DNA of 51,322 bases, taken from Craspedostauros australis (taxonomy: Eukaryota). Location of the stretch: positions 1 through 51,322 of the forward strand of contig JALAGF010006661.1 of assembly GCA_030167865.1 (NCBI GenBank), written 5' to 3'. Numbering within the stretch: position 1 is the first letter of the stretch; every line of letters begins with the position of its first letter. The translations under genes were made by a program, and so were the position numbers. Under the pieces are notes generated by a model that worked only from the letters and a program-made list of their open reading frames with translations, had not been told where the DNA came from and ran no database searches. Below are positions 44,265 to 51,322 of this stretch, one piece after another.

Positions 44265-44876
44265 ATGAGACAAGACGAGGAAGTGCGGCGCCATGACGGA
44301 AAAGAAGAGGAGGAAGAGCTCACATCTCTGTATCATCCTAACTCCCCTTCACTATGCTTGCACACAAGGCCACCATGTGTAGTGAAGAGCTTGCTTTGAT
44401 CCGCTCGTATCCACAGCAACGCACATGCCATCATCAACGCCCAAGACTCGTCCAACAAAGCGACACTTCATCATGCTTGCGCCCATGGTGACGTGGGCGG
44501 AGCGAGGTGCTTGCTTGAATTCATCCAAGCCAACGAAGTCTGCATCGACCTCAACGTTCAAGACAAGGAGGATGGGAAAACACTGCTTCACTACGCCTGC
44601 ATCAATGGTGANGCAGATATCGCCGGCGATCTTCTTGACTTCAGTCGAGCCAACAGCTATGCGGCAATCAATTTCAATATCCGAAACAACTACCATGGCT
44701 GCACGCCACTGCATCATGCCTGTGAGTACGGCGAAGCGGATGTGGTGGAATGTCTCATCGAATTCTGTCGCACAAGTACCTCTGTGACGACCCCATCATC
44801 GATTTCAACATCCAGGACTGCGACGAACAAACCCCGCTCCATTACGCTTGTAAATACGGTTATAAATAGCGAATAG
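44265..44876 (+). pseudogene. Ankyrin-repeat pseudogene, copy 2
   Basis: Homologous to 34457-35868 without the insertion. It has a CGA>TGA stop at about 44397 and frameshifts. Confidence 0.8.
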
Positions 44877-45377
44877 AGAGGTCAGCGGTACATGCCATGA
44901 TGAAGAATGGTAATGGAGTGTTGTGAACAGACAGTGCGCATTCCACAATAGCCTGCCTCTACCGCTGCATTCCAGTTCTCCCTGTTCATCTTCATCACCC
45001 TTGCCATCGCTGCAATTTCGGAAAGGAGGACCGTTCTTCCGAGTAAGCCCACGTGGGTTGTCATNNNNNNNNNNNNNNNNNNNNNNNNNNNNNNNNNNNN
45101 NNNNNNNNNNNNNNNNNNNNNNNNNNNNNNNNNNNNNNNNNNNNNNNNNNNNNNNNNNNNNNNNNNNNNNNNNNNNNNNNNNNNNNNNNNNNNNNNNNNN
45201 NNNNNNNNNNNNNCTGTGTGGCTGGAGTCATGAAACGAAATGGCACGTTGAGCACTAGTCGAGTAGATGTGTATGGGTACCATATGATTGTGTGTTGTTA
45301 CTAGAGCATTGGCGATTGGCTGCCATGCAGTTAGCGATCTGTGCAATCATACGATTGAAGGGGCTTATCGACAACTC

Positions 45378-46088
45378 TCATGCGACGGCGTCCGCCTTCT
45401 CGACGCAGCTGAAGGAGTCATGGGCGATCACGCACTTGTCCACNGTGCGGTAGTACTCGTGCGGACCATTCTTCAACGCATCGCACCATGCGGTCTCCCA
45501 ACGGTGAGCCTTGTGCTCGGTCAATGCCTCCTGGAACTTCTCGGCGCCGGACTTCTTCGCCTTGGCGTTGGCTTTGACGTTGGCCTTCTTTGCGTTGCCA
45601 CCATGCACCAGCGACTTCACGACCGAAGATACGCTTGCGGCGTAGAAGTCGTCATCGTCGTCATCATCGAAGAAGCAGTAGGGACAAATGATGTCAGCCA
45701 CGAAGCTGTAGTCCCNNNNNNNNNNNNNNNNNNNNNNNNNNNNNNNNNNNNNNNNNNNNNNNNNNNNNNNNNNNNNNNNNNNNNNNNNNNNNNNNNNNNN
45801 NNNNNNNNNNNNNNNNNNNNNNNNNNNNNNNNNNNNNNNNNNNNNNNNNNNNATGTCCATGAGATCGACCTTGTCAAAGGAGAGGTCTGGGTGCACATCA
45901 TGGAAGGTCTTCATGAACATGCGACGAGAGAAGTTGAGCTCCTCGATGGTTGGCTTGTGGGCATGATCGACTTCGTTGTCGATGCCGAAGTGGGCATGGA
46001 CACCGCAGGTGTATCCAGCAGCGTCAGCGAATGGAGTGAAGGCCGATGCCATCATGGAGATGAGGGTGGTGGTGGCGATGAGCTTCAT
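45378..46088 (-). CDS. Small signal-peptide protein with CPYCFFDDDDDD and HxxWExxWC motifs, copy 2 (236 aa including gap)
   Basis: MKLIATTTLISMMASAFTPFADA leader and several Cys. The frame is open across the N run 45716-45852. Confidence 0.7.
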   Translation of the reverse strand: MKLIATTTLISMMASAFTPFADAAGYTCGVHAHFGIDNEVDHAHKPTIEELNFSRRMFMKTFHDVHPDLSFDKVDLMDXXXXXXXXXXXXXXXXXXXXXXXXXXXXXXXXXXXXXXXXXXXXXXXDYSFVADIICPYCFFDDDDDDDFYAASVSSVVKSLVHGGNAKKANVKANAKAKKSGAEKFQEALTEHKAHRWETAWCDALKNGPHEYYRXVDKCVIAHDSFSCVEKADAVA

Positions 46089-47587
46089 GTTTGGGTGTTG
46101 CTGTTGTAGGTTGCTGCTTAGGTTGGTGTTATAGTTTCTGCTTTAGTTGCTGGATGTGTCAGTTTGTGGCTGATTCAGTTTCATGAGAGGTTGGAGAGAG
46201 AGTGGAGATTTGCAGCACTTCTTCTCGGTGTCTGTTGCCTGTTGCAAGCCTCATGGTGCAATACTGCAATGATGCAATGATGTTGAGATGTATCACAATA
46301 GCTACCACTGTGCGCATTCATGGCTGTGCTCGTACGAGTAGGAAGGAGTATAATAGGTTTCTCACAGGAGGTCCCACGGAATGTATCTTCTTTTGGAAAA
46401 ATGAAGCACGGTGATGGCATCGTTGGCCGCAAGGGTGGGATGTCATCGTCAGCAGCAACAGTGATGATGATGAAGCATCTGATAACTGTGAGTGTGCATT
46501 GACTCGCAGACGTGCTGTTATGAAGGATGTGAGAGATGTGAGTGTGGAGGCTGTCGCTTCTCCTTCTTCGTTGTCATGGGTCATGGGTCATGTGGAGTGC
46601 TCACTGTTCTTCAACCACGACCGATGCATCGGCACAACATGAGTGCTGGAGTGATGGAGTATTGGCAAGCGGAAGTGGGAGTCATCCTCATCCCTCCATC
46701 ATCATCATCAGAAGCGTGGGTGGCTCGCTGGCCAAAGTTGTTGGGAACACGATCGTCCAACCCACCGCACACCATTCAACTTCGGTACTCAATGAAGCAT
46801 GCCGCCGACTGGACTTCTCGTGGGATGCCTCATGGTTTGCAATGATTGTGATTGCAATTGCGATCATTGTCCATCTTGGTGTTCCCTCCATCACTTGGCC
46901 TCTCCTTGGCGTCGTCATCGTTGTTGTTCTCGTTGTGTGGATTGATTCTCAAAGATCTCTTTTTTGGTGCGAGTTGGATTCGGAGTTCCCACGAAAGAAG
47001 CTAAAGATGATCGTGATACACACATTTGGTGGGACTGGGCACATCTCGACAAACGAAACTGTGATGAAGTGAGACAAGAGAGAACACAAGTTGGACCAAT
47101 GAAAACACAGAACGAACAGTTGGAATCAACTGTGTCAAACAATGTGATCGATCAGGTTCTTTGTGTTTCTTTTGGCGCCAAAAAGATCATTCTTCAACTG
47201 CAACGGTCATACTAGTCGGAGATTCTCGTTGGTGGTTTCTCGCAGAAAAAGTGGTGTTGGAGTGCGTGAGTTGAACGAAGAGAAGGATCCACATCCACCA
47301 ACCGCGGTGCTGTCCTTCTCCGCCAGACAAGAGCGCAGCAACGAGAGCACATCCCATCGCAACACCATCCAACACCATTCAACACCGTCCAACAATGTAC
47401 AACAGCCAACATCAGCATCGATCGTGATCGTCGCGCCGCTGTCCGCACTGAAGTGCTGGCAGGCACCACCTTCTTCCATCAACGAGGCGATGAAGAACAA
47501 CCGATCGAGGCAAACAATGGAGTCCTCATGATAGCCATTTCATCCATTCATCCATTCAGGCATTGGTCGACTCCGGAATCCAACACG

Positions 47588-49018
47588 ATGAGCTGATGCT
47601 GACACCACCGAGGACAGGGTGCCCTCGTCGGTCTCCCACCAGTCCACCGCTACCTCATGGGGCGTCAGTCCATGGTCTTCCTCATGGTCTTCCTCATGGT
47701 CCTCCTCATGGTCTTCACCATCAACCAGTGCGGTGTCCCGCTCGCCGATGCTGAGGTCTTCGGTCTCCCACACATCATCATCCAGATCTTCCTCGGATCC
47801 GGAGCCGCCATGATCCTCATGACCACTCAAGCCAGACAGCTCAACTCCCAAGTCAACGCTTCCCTGTGCATGCTTGACTACATCAACAACTTCTTCGCCG
47901 TCTTCACCCATGTCGCCCTCGCCATCGAGTTCTCTGGACTTCTTCACTCGTGCTACCTCGTCCAGTTGTTCTTCGTCTGGGCCTCAGGCAAGGAAACCAA
48001 GTTCAAGGGACCAACATGCGACAGTGCCCAGAACCTCTTCTACTGGGGCCGCATCCTCATCTCCCTTGCCATCCTGTGCTACACCATGGCCGTCACCCCT
48101 GGTCGCCCTCTTCGATGGAAAGACCACCATGTGGGCTGGAGTGACAAACGGAGTCGCCGGCATCCTCTTCTTCCTCTTCATGTCCATCGTGGGTATGCTC
48201 GAGGGTATGATCGAGGGTATGCAGATTGCCCTCTTCGCCATCGCCAAGCTTCCAAAGGAGGATCGTGGAGACCACCCAATGGCCCGCAAGACCTGCGAGC
48301 TCCTCTTCCGCGGTGACGGACGCAACCTTCCAGGATTCATGATCGGACGTCAGATCTGCGTNNNNNNNNNNTTCTTCATCATCGCCCGTGTCACCACTCC
48401 TTGATGTCGAGGTCGGAACTGGCGAGAACATCTTCGGAGTCTCCGACAGCACCCAGGAATTCTTCAACACAGGACTTCTCGGAGCCCTCATCACCACCAT
48501 CATCGCCTCCATCACATGGCAGCTGGTCGCATCCGTCTTCCCAATCGCCTTCCTTTCCAACCCAATCGTCTACATCTTCCTTCAGTTCTGTCTGTTGTTG
48601 GAAGCCACCGGTATCTGCTCCGGATCCTGGGTTCTCATTTCCGTCCACAAGGTCGTCTCTGGCTTTCAGCTCGATGAGGTGTACATTGGCATTCCAGAGG
48701 AGCGTGCCGCCGGCATGAAGCCAGGTCACAAGAGCAACCACAACCTGCACCTTGGAACCACCGCCGTCTTCGCGAGTATCTCGAGCCCCAGAGACCTTCT
48801 CTTCCGGCCGCCAGCGCAATCTGTCGAACATGAAGACTCTGTGTGAAGGGATCAACGCCTGCAGCAATGAGGATGATGCCGCCGTCTTCGAATCTGCCCT
48901 TCGCATGGAGACTGTCGCCATGAACAAGCTGAACCAGGAGGAGGAGAACGACAGTGCCGCCAAGAGTGACGAGGAGATGAGTGTGCAGAAGTTAACACGT
49001 TGCCACTTGGCGCATTGA
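47588..49018 (+). pseudogene. SIT: Diatom silicon transporter pseudogene, copy 2
   Basis: Same motifs (MGRQSMV, CMLDYINN, FMIGRQIC) and the same shared lesions as copy 1. It also has a private frameshift near 48097 and 12-bp slippage duplications (VFLMVFLMVLLM; EGMIEGMQ). Confidence 0.92.
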
Positions 49019-49184
49019 GGCGCGACCACAGCGCGTCGCATCGACACACCAAGCGCACCAACGCACCCACACATGTATGACGCCCCCAAAGATATCTTAG
49101 AGATGTATCGTGAATCCCAGACCATGGCACCGCTTGCCTCCATGAGAGGCAAAGCGCAATCGCATGCCATACACATACCTCCCA

Positions 49185-49256
49185 CAACACATCGCAACAC
49201 AACGCAACACATCGCAGCATATCGCAACACATCACAACGCAACACATCGCAACGCA
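49185..49256. repeat. Degenerate pentamer/decamer minisatellite (about ATCGCAACAC) at the duplication-unit junction; homologues at about 31433-31465 and 40590-40640
   Basis: Direct reading. Confidence 0.75.
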
Positions 49257-49486
49257 TGGGCTGGGCTGGACAGAGGTACCATGGCCTTGCAACACGAAGC
49301 GATGTTGAGCACAAAACAGCGTACTATCCTCTCATAGCATAATTGTAGTCCACTGAACAATAGAATAGTAACGACTGATTTACGTCAACGATGGACGTGA
49401 AGAACTTGACAGCTACTCATGGAGATCCCATTAACGGGTGGTTGGTTGGTTGGTTGGTTCATGTCCAATTTACTGCGATAGTCTGA

Positions 49487-51214
49487 TCAAGCAAGAGTGG
49501 TCAAGTAGTCGATAACACCAGTGCAGCGCCCCCGATACGCCATGTCCAGCGCAGTCCAGCCATAGTTACCCTTGAGGCTGATGTCTGCGTTGCACGATTC
49601 CACCAAGTACTTGACCACCTCCAATTTACCGTTGTAACTTGCCTCCCAAAGTGGAGTTATGCCATACTCGTTTTGAATGTTGATTTCTGCGTTGCAACAT
49701 TCTACCAAATACTTCACGACCTCCAATCTACCTTTGTAGCACGCATAGTGCAGTGCAGTGCTGCCATAATTGCTGGTTTTGATGGTGACATCGACCTTGC
49801 CTTGTTCAACCAACAACTTCGCAACGTCGAGATTGCCTTCAGCGCTTGCACGATGGAGGATGGTGTCGCCTTCCTGGTCTGTGACGTTCAAATCAGCATC
49901 GGGTGCTGCGATCAGATACTTGACAGTATCGAAGTGGCTGTTGCGATATGCCTTGAAGAGTGGAGTCTCGTGTTTGTCGTTCTCAGCGTTGATATTGGCC
50001 TTGACGGATTCAACCAGCCACTTCACAACATCCAGATGTCCATGCGCGGTTGCAAGATGGAGTGCAGTGTTGCCAGCCTTATTCTTGGCGCTGACGTCGA
50101 TGTTCGCGTTGCCTGAGTCCATCAAGCACTTCACCACATCCAGATGGCCTCCAGCACTTGCGCAGTGAAGGACGGTGTTGCCATCGTTGTTCTTGGCGTT
50201 GCCATCCACCATCAGGTCGTCTGACTTCGACAAATACTCCACCACATCCAGATGGTCTCCAGCACTTGCGCAGTGAAGGGCAGTGTTGCCATTCCGGTCT
50301 TTGGCATTGATGTCCACCTGACCTGACTCCACCAACCATCTCACAACATCCAGATGATCATTGGAATATGCAGACTGAAGAGCCGTGCCGCCAGCGTCAT
50401 TCTCAACATGAACATCTGCCTTGCACGACTTCACCAGGTACTCTGCAACATCCATATGCCCATTTCTGTATGCAACATGAAGCGCGGTATCGCCGTCATT
50501 GTTCTGGACGTCGACGGACACAGCACGAGCCTCCATCACATACTGCAAGATATCAAGATGGCCCTTCCGACATGCATCGTGGATCGCAGTATTGCCGAAA
50601 TCATCCTGTACATTGATGTCCACTCCACATGATCCAACGAGGTACTCCACAACATCCAAGTGTCCATGAAGACACGCAGCATGGAGGGCATTCTCACCCT
50701 TCTTATCTTGCACGAAAGCGCTTGCAGAATATGACTCGATCAGAGTCTTCACGATGGCCACATGTCCCTTGGTACATGCGTCGTGGAGTGCCACCTTGCC
50801 GGAGTTGTCCTGGAGGTTGGCATCTGAAGAATGCGACCCAGCTAGGTATTCCACGACATCGAGGTTGCCCTGTGCGCATGCATAGTGTAGCGCAGTCTCT
50901 CCATTCATGGATTGGGCATTGACGTCCGCTCCACATGACTCCACCAACTGTTTGATCGTTTCAAGTTGGCTGTTGGAGCATGCGAGGTGGAGTGGAGTCT
51001 TGTCGCGGCTATCCTTGATCGTGTCGATGGAGGTTTGTGGAAATGCCGTCTTCCACGCAGTGAGGGTGTCCACATCTCCCTGTTCTGCGGCGCGAAGGAG
51101 ATCCTGGTTGGTGACGGTCGGGTTGGATGCATCACCAGGAGTCGACTTGAGCGGAATGAGAGACGGTGAGGCTGTGGATAGTGATGTCCGGACTTGGTGG
51201 TTGTGGTTGCGCAT
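49487..51214 (-). CDS. Ankyrin-repeat protein, copy 3 (575 aa)
   Basis: Paralogue lacking a two-repeat block relative to copy 2. The upstream ATG used by copies 1 and 2 is AAG here (about 51257-51259). Confidence 0.9.
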   Translation of the reverse strand: MRNHNHQVRTSLSTASPSLIPLKSTPGDASNPTVTNQDLLRAAEQGDVDTLTAWKTAFPQTSIDTIKDSRDKTPLHLACSNSQLETIKQLVESCGADVNAQSMNGETALHYACAQGNLDVVEYLAGSHSSDANLQDNSGKVALHDACTKGHVAIVKTLIESYSASAFVQDKKGENALHAACLHGHLDVVEYLVGSCGVDINVQDDFGNTAIHDACRKGHLDILQYVMEARAVSVDVQNNDGDTALHVAYRNGHMDVAEYLVKSCKADVHVENDAGGTALQSAYSNDHLDVVRWLVESGQVDINAKDRNGNTALHCASAGDHLDVVEYLSKSDDLMVDGNAKNNDGNTVLHCASAGGHLDVVKCLMDSGNANIDVSAKNKAGNTALHLATAHGHLDVVKWLVESVKANINAENDKHETPLFKAYRNSHFDTVKYLIAAPDADLNVTDQEGDTILHRASAEGNLDVAKLLVEQGKVDVTIKTSNYGSTALHYACYKGRLEVVKYLVECCNAEINIQNEYGITPLWEASYNGKLEVVKYLVESCNADISLKGNYGWTALDMAYRGRCTGVIDYLTTLA

Positions 51215-51322
51215 TGGTGAGGCGAAGAGCGTAAGGAGGCGTGGAAGGATGAAGACCTTGCTGGAGCAGGTGTGTTTCGTGATGGAACGGCTTGTTGCTC
51301 AGATGTGATCAATGCGACGGGC

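Larger units (their letters stand above)
31422..51322. repeat. Tandem segmental duplication: unit 1 about 31422-40575, unit 2 about 40575-49170, unit 3 about 49170 to window end
   Basis: The anchor GCTGGAC.GAGGTACC.TGGCCTTGCAACA.GAAGCG recurs at about 31470, 40644 and 49265. Gene order and intergenic DNA are shared. Confidence 0.95.

Noticed and set aside
31686..51322. Diversity-generating retroelement or CRISPR-like explanation for the ankyrin variability
   Set aside because: No reverse transcriptase, template repeat or repeat-spacer array is visible, and the substitutions are not obviously adenine-restricted.

Overview
Eukaryotic genomic DNA, almost certainly from a diatom: it has silicon-transporter remnants, GT-AG introns and ASAFAP-type bipartite plastid presequences. 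The window has three zones. (1) 1-20.4 kb is a minus-strand tandem array of at least four paralogous intronless genes, one cut by the window edge and three complete (1355-1396 aa). They encode STAND/AAA_16 (COG3899-like) P-loop NTPase plus helical TPR-like proteins, and a CYP7-clan-like P450 sits inside the array. (2) 21.8-31.2 kb is a compact housekeeping block: a CK2-alpha-like kinase with a signal peptide, a GNAT, an Npl4-like protein with a bipartite leader, a plastid IGPS-PRAI fusion and a plastid hypothetical protein. (3) 31.4-51.3 kb is a roughly 9-kb tandem segmental duplication (two full units plus the start of a third). Each unit carries an intact long ankyrin-repeat gene, an ankyrin pseudogene, a secreted Cys/Asp-motif gene and a SIT pseudogene, and the two full units each have their own solo-LTR-like insertion. 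The most interesting signal is a candidate diatom immune or recognition locus: NLR-like STAND receptors plus ankyrin paralogues that vary at binding-surface positions and in repeat number. All family calls come from motif recognition by eye, with no database searches run.
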